A stretch of 64,000 bases of DNA from an uncultured Poribacteria bacterium (GCA_958296135.2 CATQHZ020000001.1:1248001-1312000), one strand, 5' to 3'; numbered from the stretch's first letter, positions 47,961 to 58,512 are shown. Program-made: numbers and translations. Notes: generated by a model from the letters alone, not told the origin.

Positions 47961-48944
47961 TTACTCTGGCAATCGAACGCGCTGGCCGGTATGGGCGGAT
48001 TCGTGCAAGGCATCGATGACACGCATGTTCCCGAGGGTGTCTGAAATCGGTAGACGCTGCGGCGCGCCGGTTTCTATCGCTTCACACAGGTTCAGGAGCT
48101 CAGCGGCATACGGGTTTACGCCATCAACGCTGAAGTGCTCGCCGTTCACCATGAAATGTGATTCTCCTTCGCCGTTACCCCATGCCGTTTGGACAGAGAG
48201 GGTTCCGTCTGTTCCCGCGACTTCGTAAGACTCGCGCCATGTCCATCCGAAGCTGCAATCCAATTGCCCCGTGATGCCATCGCCGAAATCCAAAGTGCCG
48301 ATGAGCGTTTCCCAGACATTGTTAATGGGTTCAAACTTGCCGGTAGCCCATGCGAACTGCGGTTCTCTTCCGATGAGGTACCGGATGATGTTGATGCAGT
48401 AGCACCCCAGATCCATGACGGCCCCACCGCCGAGTTCTCCACGGAGCCGCCAGTTTCGCCTATCTGTTAGTCCCGTTGAGAACGTGGCACGCGCGTATCG
48501 CGCTTCTCCGATGGAGCCTTCTTCAATCTTCTGCTTCACCGCCAACGTTAACGGATGATGCCGATACATGAACGCTTCCATTAGGTAGATATTGGCACGC
48601 TCTGTCACCTGAATCATCTGCTCCAGTTGTGTAGTGGTGACAGCCATCGGTTTTTCAACGAGGATGCCTTTGACACCACACCGCACCGCCTCTAACACAT
48701 TTTTAAGATGACTGGACGGCCATGTCGCCACGACGAGCACATCGGGTTGCTGTTTCTTCAGCATCTGCCGGAGTTCGTTATAGGTATTTTGGACGTTATA
48801 TTCTGTAGCAAATCGGGCAAGCGGTTCAAATTTTTCATCGCATGCGCCGACAATATCGATCTCTGGCACTTCTCTCCATGCGCGTCCGTGCGCGTGCGAG
48901 ATGCCGCCACACCCGACGATTGCCACGCGGTATTTTGCGGACAT
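47961..48944 (-). CDS. Gfo/Idh/MocA family oxidoreductase
   Basis: IVGCGGIS, VEKPMA, EAFMYRHHP, GGGAVMDLGCY. Confidence 0.92.
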   Translation of the reverse strand: MSAKYRVAIVGCGGISHAHGRAWREVPEIDIVGACDEKFEPLARFATEYNVQNTYNELRQMLKKQQPDVLVVATWPSSHLKNVLEAVRCGVKGILVEKPMAVTTTQLEQMIQVTERANIYLMEAFMYRHHPLTLAVKQKIEEGSIGEARYARATFSTGLTDRRNWRLRGELGGGAVMDLGCYCINIIRYLIGREPQFAWATGKFEPINNVWETLIGTLDFGDGITGQLDCSFGWTWRESYEVAGTDGTLSVQTAWGNGEGESHFMVNGEHFSVDGVNPYAAELLNLCEAIETGAPQRLPISDTLGNMRVIDALHESAHTGQRVRLPE

Positions 48945-48992
48945 GATACACCTCAGTAGTGAGCCCTGCTGAGAAAGGACAAGCGGATATTG

Positions 48993-49097
48993 ATACGTAG
49001 GTTGGATAACCCACTTTCCTGCTTTGTTAACGTAACCGTATTTTCCGCATACGGATACGCAGGCAAGTCCCTCGGAGAATGCTTCGGCACTATCGAA
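48993..49097 (-). pseudogene. Single WG (KWG) repeat relic with no start codon
   Basis: Manual translation FDSAEAFSEGLACVSVCGKYGYVNKAGKWVIQPTY. Confidence 0.7.
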
Positions 49098-49138
49098 TTT
49101 CTTCTTGTAGTTGTGAAACGATGATACCGGGCAACCCG

Positions 49139-50116
49139 TTATCCCATTTCCGCGATGGACACCGGCCGGTTTTCTTGTGCCGAGCGGTTCGCCGCCAGCG
49201 AAATCGCAAGGCTCTTGACTGCATCGCTGTAGGGACTGCGGATGTGCGCGCCGTTGTTGCTACGCACTGCCTCTACGAAGACTTCGTCTATTGTGGGACT
49301 CGGAGCTGTTTTCTCTGTCCATTTCCCATCTTCGCGCACCGCAACTCGCGAGGGATTCCAGTTGAGCATCTGTGAGGCGTAGAAGACATCGAGAATATTC
49401 GCGTTGGACCAGTCGCCCGGGTCGTATGCCCACGTCGCGGTCAAAGAGCCGATAGCACCACTCGCGAACTGCATCGAGAGGCTGTTGACATCGGGGCAAT
49501 CCGTGGATTTCAACACCCGGTTCGCCTGCATCGCGTAAACGGTGTCCACCTCGCCGCCCATGTAACGCATCATGTCGATGGTGTGCGTTGCTTGTTCGAC
49601 GAGTTGGCCTCCCGATTTGTTCATTTGCCGCAGCCAAGTGTCTGGGTTTCCGTGTCCTGTCCCGCACCAATATTTGCCAACTAGCATGTTTAGCGGCGTG
49701 TTCTGCAGCATCGCGCGTGCTATCTGCGTTGAGCCGAGGTAGCGGAGTTGATAGCCGACGCAGGTAATCAACTCCTCCTTCGCGACTTGCTCTTCGATTT
49801 CGCGGGCGATGTCCATGTTGATGGCCACGGGCTTCTCAACGAAAAAGGGTAACCCGCGCGCGATTACGTCAAGTTCCGGTTGCCCGTGTGCGAAGACCGG
49901 GAGGCTGAGATAGACTGCGTCTAAGTCGTCGCGTTCTAACATTGCGCGATGCTCAGTATAGGGATGCGCGTTGTGCTTTTCGGCCGCGCTTTGCGCGCGC
50001 TCAAGTTGAACGTCACACACGGCGACGATGCGCGCCCCGTCTAATTGAGAGAGTTGATTCATGTGGCCGTTTGCATTGCCGCCACATCCGATAAATGCAA
50101 TTTTAACGTCACTCAT
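49139..50116 (-). CDS. Gfo/Idh/MocA family oxidoreductase
   Basis: FIGCGGNA, VEKPVA, VGYQLRY, SGGQLVEQATH. Confidence 0.92.
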   Translation of the reverse strand: MSDVKIAFIGCGGNANGHMNQLSQLDGARIVAVCDVQLERAQSAAEKHNAHPYTEHRAMLERDDLDAVYLSLPVFAHGQPELDVIARGLPFFVEKPVAINMDIAREIEEQVAKEELITCVGYQLRYLGSTQIARAMLQNTPLNMLVGKYWCGTGHGNPDTWLRQMNKSGGQLVEQATHTIDMMRYMGGEVDTVYAMQANRVLKSTDCPDVNSLSMQFASGAIGSLTATWAYDPGDWSNANILDVFYASQMLNWNPSRVAVREDGKWTEKTAPSPTIDEVFVEAVRSNNGAHIRSPYSDAVKSLAISLAANRSAQENRPVSIAEMG

Positions 50117-50146
50117 TGATGTCCGTCCTGTCGGCGCGATTTTCGT

Positions 50147-51355
50147 CTAGCGCGCCTTGAAATTAACCGCTAAGGCTTTTTCAATATCTTCGCGGGGATG
50201 CGCTCCGAACCGCTGCTCAAAATCTCTATCAAACGCGTCTTCTTCCGCCGGGTCAGCTGCGAGTGGGAGCGGCACCGGTTGCCTATTGACCCGGGCCGAA
50301 CGGTGTGCGGCGATTACCATGCCCTGGTCTGCCCTCCCCATCTCGCCTGTCCAGAGCGGTTGTGTTCCTTCGCGCACAGCGTTCGCGATACCATCCAGCA
50401 TCGTCGCGAGTGAGATGCCGTTTTCGGGGATATCGGTGTGGCGGTAAGGGTTGCACCACTCAACAGTGCCGCCCAACGATGCAGGTAATTCTACAAAAAT
50501 GCGCTGCATCGCGCCGGATGCGCTATATTCGCGCTGAAATGCGTAGGTTTGTGCCTTTCCTGCGCGTTGGGCGATGTCCTCATCGGTGCAAACGTTCACC
50601 GTTTCGCCGCCGGATGCCCCCTGGTTTCCGTTGGTGATAATGGTGCCGCGCTCGCCGCACGTCTCAAAACCGACGAGGTGGTTCCGTCCGAGGCAGCCGT
50701 TCTTATTGCCTACCATGGCGATGCCGATGCCGCCGTTGTCAAAATCCACGGCGTAAAACTCAAGGTTTTCGGAACGAAAATCGCGTTTGGCTCTGTCAAC
50801 GTAAGGCACCACTGGCATCGAGTGGCCGATGCTACTGACAGCTATCGGTGTTGCATTCATCCGGCACCGAATCGCTGCAAGCCCGTGATACCCGGTAGTC
50901 GAAAAGAGACGATAGGACTTGTGAACGCGCCCAATTATGTCTTCGTTGATAAGTTTGCAGACGAACTGCTCAACTGGGACGAATGGAAAGTTCTCGGATG
51001 TCTGAAGTTTCACGCCGTTTTCGGCGGCATCCGCTATCATCATATCCATCAGGCCGAGCGTCGGCGCGAGCCCCGTCTCTACGTTATGCGAGATGCCGCG
51101 GCGGGAGAGGTAACAGGAGACGATATGGTGAAGTTGTGCCGGCACGACAACATCGCATACCTCGGGTGCCATTTCGTCAATGAGTCTGCGGACATCGGTG
51201 TAGGCAGGGACACCCAGTTTCGCCGCGCCTGCTTCTGCGGATTCGCGATGCGCGTCGCACACCGCGACGATTTCAAAGGTGTCCTTCAACGCCGCCGCTG
51301 TTGCGAGATGCGCGGCTCCGCGTCTTCCATGGCCGATTAATGCATATTTTAGCAT
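50147..51355 (-). CDS. Gfo/Idh/MocA family oxidoreductase (divergent)
   Basis: LIGHGRRG, VAVCD, VET in place of EKP, SENFPF. Confidence 0.8.
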   Translation of the reverse strand: MLKYALIGHGRRGAAHLATAAALKDTFEIVAVCDAHRESAEAGAAKLGVPAYTDVRRLIDEMAPEVCDVVVPAQLHHIVSCYLSRRGISHNVETGLAPTLGLMDMMIADAAENGVKLQTSENFPFVPVEQFVCKLINEDIIGRVHKSYRLFSTTGYHGLAAIRCRMNATPIAVSSIGHSMPVVPYVDRAKRDFRSENLEFYAVDFDNGGIGIAMVGNKNGCLGRNHLVGFETCGERGTIITNGNQGASGGETVNVCTDEDIAQRAGKAQTYAFQREYSASGAMQRIFVELPASLGGTVEWCNPYRHTDIPENGISLATMLDGIANAVREGTQPLWTGEMGRADQGMVIAAHRSARVNRQPVPLPLAADPAEEDAFDRDFEQRFGAHPREDIEKALAVNFKAR

Positions 51356-51472
51356 ATTTCCCGCCCTTGTCAGAACGACTTAGTTTTCTACGCCGCGGTT
51401 TCGGCAGCGGCTAGATTCGGGCCAAAGGGCCCGAGGCAAAAGCAGCCGAGCAAGGCTGGCAGGTGAAAACGT

Positions 51473-52432
51473 TTAAGTTGCACCTATATGCTCCTTGGTA
51501 TAGCCAATCTCTTCGAGGCTTTTCTGGATGCGCTCAATTTCTGTCGGCGGCAATGGCCGGAGCGGCCGCCGCATCGTCATGGAGGGGAACCTGCCCATCA
51601 GCCAGCGCGCACACTTCATCCGTTGATGCGCGTCGCTACTCGGTTCGCCGAAGTTGTAAACGATACGTGCGAGCGCGTCGACTTGCTGGCGCGCTTTGCG
51701 GGCTCTGAGCAAATCGTTGTTGAGCGCGGCGTGAACTACGGCTACCATCAGTTCTGGGACGAACCCTGCGAAACCAATGAGTGCGCCGTCACTGCCCTCT
51801 AAAAGTGAGGCGAGCAGATATTCATCGTGGCAGGTGAGAATTGGGATGTGTGGTGCGGCTTCCTTCAGCTGCTCATAGTCCCACCGCCAGCGTGCCATAT
51901 CGCGCGTGCCCATTTTAATGCACACCACCTGCGGTATTTTTACCATCTCCAGCATTTCGTTGAGGCTGTAACTCGCCTTTGTCCATGCGGGGTATTGATG
52001 CACGATGGTGGGGATGTCCGCGCCTTCTGCCACGTCTTGAAAAAATCCGACAGCGGTTTCGGAGGTGCGGCCAAAGCGGATCCAGTGGTGTGCGGGCATG
52101 AGCAGGATGGCATCTGCGCCAGCCTCCTTTGCTGCGAGCGCGTCGTCAATTGCGGGTAGACTTCCCTCCGCGCTGACGCCGGAAACGACTTTCACCCGTT
52201 CGCCGACAGCCGCGGCAGTTATCTGTGTGACGCGCTGCCGTTCGTGTGGCCGAAGGGACATAATCTCGCCGGTGTGTCCGTTACAGACAACGCCTTTTAT
52301 CCCCGCAACGTCTGCGAGTTCCTGCATATAGAGACGTAATCCAGTTTCGTCAATGGATTCGTCTTCATGAAATGGACAGAGCGTCGCTGGAAATACGCCT
52401 GTCCATGGATGATGCTGCCAATTGAGATTCAT
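51473..52432 (-). CDS. Dihydrodipicolinate synthase family aldolase
   Basis: GVFPA, NGHTGE, GADAILLMP, catalytic CIK lysine. Confidence 0.9.
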   Translation of the reverse strand: MNLNWQHHPWTGVFPATLCPFHEDESIDETGLRLYMQELADVAGIKGVVCNGHTGEIMSLRPHERQRVTQITAAAVGERVKVVSGVSAEGSLPAIDDALAAKEAGADAILLMPAHHWIRFGRTSETAVGFFQDVAEGADIPTIVHQYPAWTKASYSLNEMLEMVKIPQVVCIKMGTRDMARWRWDYEQLKEAAPHIPILTCHDEYLLASLLEGSDGALIGFAGFVPELMVAVVHAALNNDLLRARKARQQVDALARIVYNFGEPSSDAHQRMKCARWLMGRFPSMTMRRPLRPLPPTEIERIQKSLEEIGYTKEHIGAT

Positions 52433-52517
52433 GGCGTATCAACCCTCCTAACAGAATTGCCTAATCTGTTCCAATTTTAACGTAAAATCCGATTTTAAGT
52501 CAAGAATAAAAAAATAC

Positions 52518-52546
52518 TTGCATCTGTTTTGGATAAGTGGTATAAT
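52518..52546 (+). promoter_or_regulatory. Sigma70-type promoter of the ccm operon
   Basis: TTGCAT-17 nt-TATAAT with a TG extension. Confidence 0.65.
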
Positions 52547-52803
52547 TGCATATAACATTTCCGTATGGACTTCATGAAAGAGGTTCTTGGCCATAAAGCT
52601 GTTCGGTGAAAATCGGGTACTGTGGCCGTCTCTAATGAAGTTTCAGTAGTGAATCGGATGTTTTTCGGAACGCGTGCAGGCATTGTAAGTGTAGAGTGGC
52701 GGATTTCTCTATCCGCCCGTTTCTATCGCAGAAAATTACCCGTTTATTTCCTGAATCTTCATGACAAACATTTTGGGTACCGAGCGAAATACAGGGGGCT
52801 TAC

Positions 52804-53247
52804 GTGAAACGGAAAAGAGTTAAAATCATTGCGGCGAGCGCGCTTCTGCTTATCGCAATGGCGTTTTTAGTGATAGCGGGCATTCAAAGCACAAGTGTGC
52901 GCCATTTTACGCCCGCGGGGCTCGTCGCGGCAGCGGACTCGCTGAACAATCAGCGGGTGCAAGTCGATGGGCTTATTTTGGAGGGGAGTTCTACCTGGGA
53001 TGCCGCCAACTTTGAGCTCACCTTTGCGGTGCGCGCCCGGGAGGGCAACGAAACCGTCAACGTGCTTTACGTCAAACGGCTTAAACCGGATAACTTCGTT
53101 GATGGCGGCAGCGTGTTTGTGGAAGGCAGGTACGATGCTGCGCAGAACCTCATCGTCGCGACGAAACTGATGACGAAGTGTGCTTCCAAATACGAGGCGG
53201 CAGATAGCGCGACACCGGGGCTCGTTACAGAAAGAGGTAAAAAATGA
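52804..53247 (+). CDS. ccmE: Cytochrome c maturation protein CcmE, CxxxY type
   Basis: N-terminal TM, PDNF, VEG, KCASKY. Confidence 0.9.
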   Translation: MKRKRVKIIAASALLLIAMAFLVIAGIQSTSVRHFTPAGLVAAADSLNNQRVQVDGLILEGSSTWDAANFELTFAVRAREGNETVNVLYVKRLKPDNFVDGGSVFVEGRYDAAQNLIVATKLMTKCASKYEAADSATPGLVTERGKK

Positions 53248-55253
53248 CAGCGGAAATCGGACAAGCTGCGATAGCTCTCTCAGTCCTCTCTGCCCTGTGG
53301 GCAATTGGGTTTCTCTGCGTCGGGTTACGCTTGAGGAACGCTAGAGCCGTGCAGAGCGGTAGGAACGCTGTCGCCGCGACGTTTTTCCTCACCTGTATCT
53401 CGACAGGTGCACTCATCTACGGGTTTGTGACGGACGATTTCTCCATGCGCTATGTCGTTGAGGTATCAAGTGCGGCCCAGCCGTTGCTCTATAAAATTAC
53501 GGCTCTTTGGGGGAGAATGTCCGGCTCTTTGCTTTTTTGGCTCTGGCTGCTCACCCTTTCTGGTGTGCTCGTGGTGTGGCAGAGTCGGAAGCACACCAGG
53601 GATAACCTCGCCGATTACGCGCTGGTGCCAATCGCCATCGTGCAGCTCTTTTTTATCCTATTGGTGACAGGCATCACTGACGGTGTCTATAATCCACTTG
53701 TCCGGTTTCCCGGTGGACAGGTGGCCCCCGATGGGCAAGGGATGAACCCGCTCCTTCAAACGCCGAGCATGGCGTTCCATCCGCCGACATTGTATATCGG
53801 TTGGATTAGCATGACGGTGCCGTTCGGTTTCGCGGTGGGCGCGCTCGCCTCCGGACACGTCGGAAGCAATTGGATACTCCGCTCCCGAAGATGGATGCTG
53901 TTCTCATGGATTATTTTGACTATTGGGATAACACTCGGCGGCAATTGGGCATATCGCGAACTGGGATGGGGGGGCTATTGGGCCTGGGATCCGGTTGAAA
54001 ATGCCTCCTTCATGCCGTGGCTCCTCGGCACCGCCTATCTGCACTCCGTGATGATTCAAGAGAAGCGGCACATGTTCAAGTTGTGGAATGTCCTCCTCAT
54101 TACGTTGGCGTTCCAATTCACGCTATTGGGCACTTTTATCACGCGAAGCGGCATTATTACTTCTGTTCACTCTTTTGCGCAATCGAACGTTGGCTGGTAT
54201 TTCCTCGGCTTCATTCTCGCTTCAACTGCCGGGGTTATCGCGCTCATTGTCTACCGGCGGGAACGGCTCAAAAGTGAAAACCGGCTGGAATCTCTCCTCT
54301 CGCGCGAGAGTGCTTTTGTGCTGAACAATTGGCTGTTCGTCGGCTTGACGCTGATTATTCTCTGGGGCACGTTGTGGCCGATTCTCTCCGAAGCGATTAA
54401 CGGCGAGAAGGCATCCGTGCCTGAGGCGTTTTTCAACCAAGTGGTTATCATCCCCGGTCTGCTGCTCCTCTTCTTGACAGGAGCCGGTCCGATTATCTCG
54501 TGGAAGAAATTGACACCGAACAATTTCCGCCGGATGTTTGTCTCTCCTCTCGGTATCGGTGTGATTGCGGGTGCGTTGACGTGGGGATTTCTCGCGTGGC
54601 GCGGCAATCCGATGCCGATTTACTCGGTGCTTTGTAGTTTCGCCGCGGTTTTCGTGCTGGCGGCAATTTTTAGCGAATTTTATCGCGGTGCGAAGCTGCG
54701 TGCCAAACGACAGGAAGGTTCCTTCTTCGATGGCTTGACGCGCCTCGTGATGCGAAACAAACGCCGATACGGTGGTTATATCGTCCACATCGGCATTGTC
54801 ATCCTCTATATCGGCATCATGGGCTCCAAAGGTTATTTCCTGCTGGAATCCGACGGATTGAAACTCGGCGAATCGATGCAGGTAGGCACCTTCAATCTCA
54901 CGATGAAAGACTGGTTTCAGGAGCGGCATGCGAACTACGCGCGCGCTGGCGTGGTATTTGACGTTGAAAAGAACGGCAGACCGCTCGGCGAGATGAAGCC
55001 GGCGCGCCACTACTACGAGAAAACCGGGCAAGGCGAAACGGATACCATTGAGTCTGCTATCCGCCATTTCGGTGCAAATGACCTTTACATTGCTCTCGGT
55101 GATCTACCGCCGAATATTGATAACGGCGGCATCGTGAACGTTCAGGTTTATCACAACCCGCTCATCAATGTTGTCTGGCTCGGCGTTGCGGTGATGGTGC
55201 TAGGCGGCCTTGTCGCTATCGCGGAGAAACATCAACCCAAACCAGAGGAATAA
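53244..55253 (+). CDS. ccmF: Heme lyase CcmF/NrfE
   Basis: GMNPLLQ, HPP, WAYRELGWGGYWAWDPVENAS, SVHSF. Confidence 0.96.
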   Translation: MTAEIGQAAIALSVLSALWAIGFLCVGLRLRNARAVQSGRNAVAATFFLTCISTGALIYGFVTDDFSMRYVVEVSSAAQPLLYKITALWGRMSGSLLFWLWLLTLSGVLVVWQSRKHTRDNLADYALVPIAIVQLFFILLVTGITDGVYNPLVRFPGGQVAPDGQGMNPLLQTPSMAFHPPTLYIGWISMTVPFGFAVGALASGHVGSNWILRSRRWMLFSWIILTIGITLGGNWAYRELGWGGYWAWDPVENASFMPWLLGTAYLHSVMIQEKRHMFKLWNVLLITLAFQFTLLGTFITRSGIITSVHSFAQSNVGWYFLGFILASTAGVIALIVYRRERLKSENRLESLLSRESAFVLNNWLFVGLTLIILWGTLWPILSEAINGEKASVPEAFFNQVVIIPGLLLLFLTGAGPIISWKKLTPNNFRRMFVSPLGIGVIAGALTWGFLAWRGNPMPIYSVLCSFAAVFVLAAIFSEFYRGAKLRAKRQEGSFFDGLTRLVMRNKRRYGGYIVHIGIVILYIGIMGSKGYFLLESDGLKLGESMQVGTFNLTMKDWFQERHANYARAGVVFDVEKNGRPLGEMKPARHYYEKTGQGETDTIESAIRHFGANDLYIALGDLPPNIDNGGIVNVQVYHNPLINVVWLGVAVMVLGGLVAIAEKHQPKPEE

Positions 55254-55256
55254 AGC

Positions 55257-55817
55257 ATGTTTTTCGTATGCGCGCGAAACGTTCGGCGAACGGTATTTGG
55301 TTCGCCAATCTCTCTTTCCCAGGGCAGCTCGCGACGTTGGCACAAGCCGGGTATTTGGTTATTCTATCTCGTCCTCGCTTTCGCCACCGCTGTCCCCGGC
55401 GCGCGAGGCGACTCCTCATTTGATTCACAATTGGATGAACTGATGAGTAGTGTCTACTGCTACTGCGGGTGTGTCAAGGAGACAATCCAGGTCTGTGTGT
55501 GTGGCACTGCGGTGGCGGTTGAAGCCGATTTCCGCGGGCGTTTGAACGCGGGCGAAACTGTCGGGCAGATTCGCGCGGATTACCTTGAAACTTACGGGCC
55601 CCAGTTTTATGCGCTCATGCCTGCGGAGGGCATCAATCTGATTGCCTACATTGCGCCGGCCGTCATTCTTATCCTGATTGGCGGCGTTGCCCTCGCCATT
55701 CTCTTGAAGCTGAGAAAGCCGAAGGTTGCGACGGAGCAGCCGCGTTCTACCCAGGTTTCCGATGCCGCTGTTGAACAGATTGAGGCGGAATTGGAAAAAT
55801 ATAAGCAGGAAAAGTGA
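55257..55817 (+). CDS. ccmH: CcmH-like cytochrome c biogenesis protein
   Basis: CYCGC...CVC, YLETYG, C-terminal TM; follows ccmF; start codon uncertain. Confidence 0.75.
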   Translation: MFFVCARNVRRTVFGSPISLSQGSSRRWHKPGIWLFYLVLAFATAVPGARGDSSFDSQLDELMSSVYCYCGCVKETIQVCVCGTAVAVEADFRGRLNAGETVGQIRADYLETYGPQFYALMPAEGINLIAYIAPAVILILIGGVALAILLKLRKPKVATEQPRSTQVSDAAVEQIEAELEKYKQEK

Positions 55818-55830
55818 TAGGAGTTCCATA

Positions 55831-56169
55831 ATGTCCCTACTCGTCCTCTTATGGATGATAATCCTCGGCATCGTGCTTTTGGTATATTTGGCGTATCCGC
55901 TATTCTCGAAAACGCCAGCGCAACCTATGGAGCTTGAACCGGGCGAAGCACGCGTGCAAACCCTCTTGCTGGAACGCGAACGCAGCTACGCCGCTTTGGC
56001 AGAACTTGATGAGGACTACGAGACCGGCAAACTCTCTGAAGCGGATTATCGGGAGTTACGCGCCGCCCTCTTACAAGAGACTGCGCACGTCATCCAGCAA
56101 CTTGAAACCAATGCTAAAGCAGATGTTGAAGCAGAAATTGAACGATTCAAACGGCAGAAACGCGGATAA
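55831..56169 (+). CDS. CcmI-like N-terminal domain membrane protein
   Basis: TM followed by ELDEDYETGKLSEADYRELR; AGGAG upstream. Confidence 0.7.
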   Translation: MSLLVLLWMIILGIVLLVYLAYPLFSKTPAQPMELEPGEARVQTLLLERERSYAALAELDEDYETGKLSEADYRELRAALLQETAHVIQQLETNAKADVEAEIERFKRQKRG

Positions 56170-56174
56170 GGAAC

Positions 56175-57515
56175 ATGTCTCATTTAGTCTTGACAGAGCC
56201 CCTAACAACGTATTCGGTAGGCGCGTTTTGGAAACGCGCTAGCATCGCGATAGCCGCACTTCTCATTTGCGTGACATACGCCCACGCCGAAGTCGGCTAC
56301 ATCCACGGCAAACTTACGGACAAAAAGTTGGATAAACCGCTTGCCGCTCACCCTGTAACCCTCAGTGTGCATCGAGCGGATACCGTTGAAACGCAGGATA
56401 CGGTAACCGATGAGAGCGGAAACTATCGCTTCGATGGGTTACCCGTTGACCCGAGTGTCCACTATACTGTAGCTACCAGTGACGAAGGCTCTGAATACGT
56501 GGAGAAGGACCTGGTTTTGTCCACATGGGCACCGAATCTCACGGTTAACATTGACATTGGTGCGCTGAGCGATGACCGGTCGAAAATTCGGATTAAAGCA
56601 CACACGCTTGTCATCGGACCGCCGCCCGAAGGCCACGCGCCAGATGGCGCGGTGAGTATCATGGAGGGGCTGCAGGTTGAAAATCAGAACGATTTACCGT
56701 TCCAAACGGTGCACGATACGCAACCGGTCGGCCTGCATTTAGGACTGCCGCGCGGCTATGAAGGGTTTCAGAGCCGCACGTCACACGAGCTCTCTGTCAG
56801 CTCGAAAACCAATCAGATTATGATGACAACGCCTTTGCCCCCGGGGCAGTTGAAATTCGGTTACTCCTACATTTTGCATGTTGAGGATTCTGGGCTAGAT
56901 TTGTCCCGACTCCTCCATTTTGGCACGGAGCAGCTCTACATTTTTGTGCCGGAGGCGTTCAACTTCCGTCCGCAATCCAAGCGGTTTAGCGAGGAGCGGC
57001 GCGAAGCGATTCACAACGTGATTTACATGATTTACAACAATCCGAAGGATGAACCGTTTCCGGTGGGTGCGCGGCCTGACTTGAAGTTGACACTCGGCGC
57101 GGGTAGTCAAGAGACATCGGCAGACCTCGGGCAGATGGCACTTATCGCGGTTGCTGCGGCATTAGCGGGTGGATTTTTCGTCGCCGCGCTCTTCAAACTC
57201 CGCGATGCCAACCGCAGTGATACAACGAGCGAAGACGATACGCAGGAGAGGGCGGAACCGGATTCAGGCTGGCTTGGGAAGCTCAACGATGAAGACTTGG
57301 AGCATGTCCGAGTCGCGAGACTTGAGTTTATCACCTATCTTGATGACGCGCGTGAAAATCAGCGCGTCTCGGAACGGGTTTACAACCGATTGCGCCGCGA
57401 GCAGACTGAACGTCTCAGTGCAACCCTCTCGCAGCGCAAAGAGCGGGGATTAGAGTCATTGGAAGGGGTAGGAGAGACTGCCCGGTCCCCACACTCATAC
57501 AAAAGAAAGGAATGA
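56175..57515 (+). CDS. Membrane-anchored protein with a carboxypeptidase-regulatory-like (Ig-like) domain, ccm-associated
   Basis: Signal peptide, TDESGNYRFDGL, C-terminal TM and helical tail. Confidence 0.75.
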   Translation: MSHLVLTEPLTTYSVGAFWKRASIAIAALLICVTYAHAEVGYIHGKLTDKKLDKPLAAHPVTLSVHRADTVETQDTVTDESGNYRFDGLPVDPSVHYTVATSDEGSEYVEKDLVLSTWAPNLTVNIDIGALSDDRSKIRIKAHTLVIGPPPEGHAPDGAVSIMEGLQVENQNDLPFQTVHDTQPVGLHLGLPRGYEGFQSRTSHELSVSSKTNQIMMTTPLPPGQLKFGYSYILHVEDSGLDLSRLLHFGTEQLYIFVPEAFNFRPQSKRFSEERREAIHNVIYMIYNNPKDEPFPVGARPDLKLTLGAGSQETSADLGQMALIAVAAALAGGFFVAALFKLRDANRSDTTSEDDTQERAEPDSGWLGKLNDEDLEHVRVARLEFITYLDDARENQRVSERVYNRLRREQTERLSATLSQRKERGLESLEGVGETARSPHSYKRKE

Positions 57516-57516
57516 G

Positions 57517-57912
57517 ATGGCTGGAAACCACCAGATCGCAGAATTGATTGTCATGTTGGGGCACATGGATGCAGACGTGCGGCATGCCGCGGCGGCAGCA
57601 TTGGTTGCCATCGGCAAGCCGGCGGTTCCGCAGCTCATCGATGTGCTTACCCAAGAGTGCTGGCACATGGCTGGCTATGGTGCCGAATTCTTCTCGCACG
57701 TTGAAGATTCCGCTATTCCTATCTACATGGAGCAGATGGCGAATCAGGCATCCGAGGTCTTGGCGCGAATGGGCGAATTGACGGTGCCTGCGCTGACGGC
57801 AGAGCTCACGCGCGCCGAACGCCAATTCTCGGCGTGGTATTACAAACACGCGTTCCCGGAGCAGACCGGAAACCTCATCGCCATTTTGGCGTACGTCAAA
57901 AAGGGGGAATGA
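57517..57912 (+). CDS. HEAT-repeat protein
   Basis: DADVRHAAAAALVAIGKPAVPQLIDVL. Confidence 0.8.
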   Translation: MAGNHQIAELIVMLGHMDADVRHAAAAALVAIGKPAVPQLIDVLTQECWHMAGYGAEFFSHVEDSAIPIYMEQMANQASEVLARMGELTVPALTAELTRAERQFSAWYYKHAFPEQTGNLIAILAYVKKGE

Positions 57913-58512
57913 ATGCACAGCCCGGTTACCGACTTGATTGACGATTTATCAGACCTGGACGACGACGTGCGCGATGCCGCGAAGGCTGAATTGATTGCCA
58001 TCGGCGAAGTTGCTATCCCCGTGCTCATTGAGACTCTCGCCGAGAACCTCTGGGATATTTCCGACCAGGCGGCCGATGCATTGGCACAGATAGGCAGCCC
58101 TGCCGTGGAACCACTCATGGAGCGGTTGCAAACTGTCGGGCGGCACCATGCGCTCTGTATCAGCGCGACCCTCGCTCGGATTGGCGCGCCTGCCGTTCCT
58201 GCGCTGACAGCGGCGTTGTCGGATATTGACGAAGAAGTTCGCGAATATGTCGTTCGCGCGTTCAGTTCCATGGGAGCGGATGCTGTTGGCGCGTTGCCTG
58301 CACTTATCCACGCCTTAAGCGATCCTTCCGAAGAAGTTTGCACTTATGCTGCCTACGCGCTCGCCAACATCGGGGAACCGGCTGCGGCAGCAGTCCCGGC
58401 CCTCACCGAGAAACTCGCGGACGACTCAGAACGTGTGCAGCACCATGCTGTTTTCGCGTTAGAAAGAATCGGCACGCCAGCGGCATTAGAGGCACTCAAG
58501 ACGTTAGTTTAA
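57913..58512 (+). CDS. HEAT (PBS lyase-like) repeat protein
   Basis: Several repeats of the type AxAL..IGxPAVPAL..L.D. Confidence 0.9.
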   Translation: MHSPVTDLIDDLSDLDDDVRDAAKAELIAIGEVAIPVLIETLAENLWDISDQAADALAQIGSPAVEPLMERLQTVGRHHALCISATLARIGAPAVPALTAALSDIDEEVREYVVRAFSSMGADAVGALPALIHALSDPSEEVCTYAAYALANIGEPAAAAVPALTEKLADDSERVQHHAVFALERIGTPAALEALKTLV

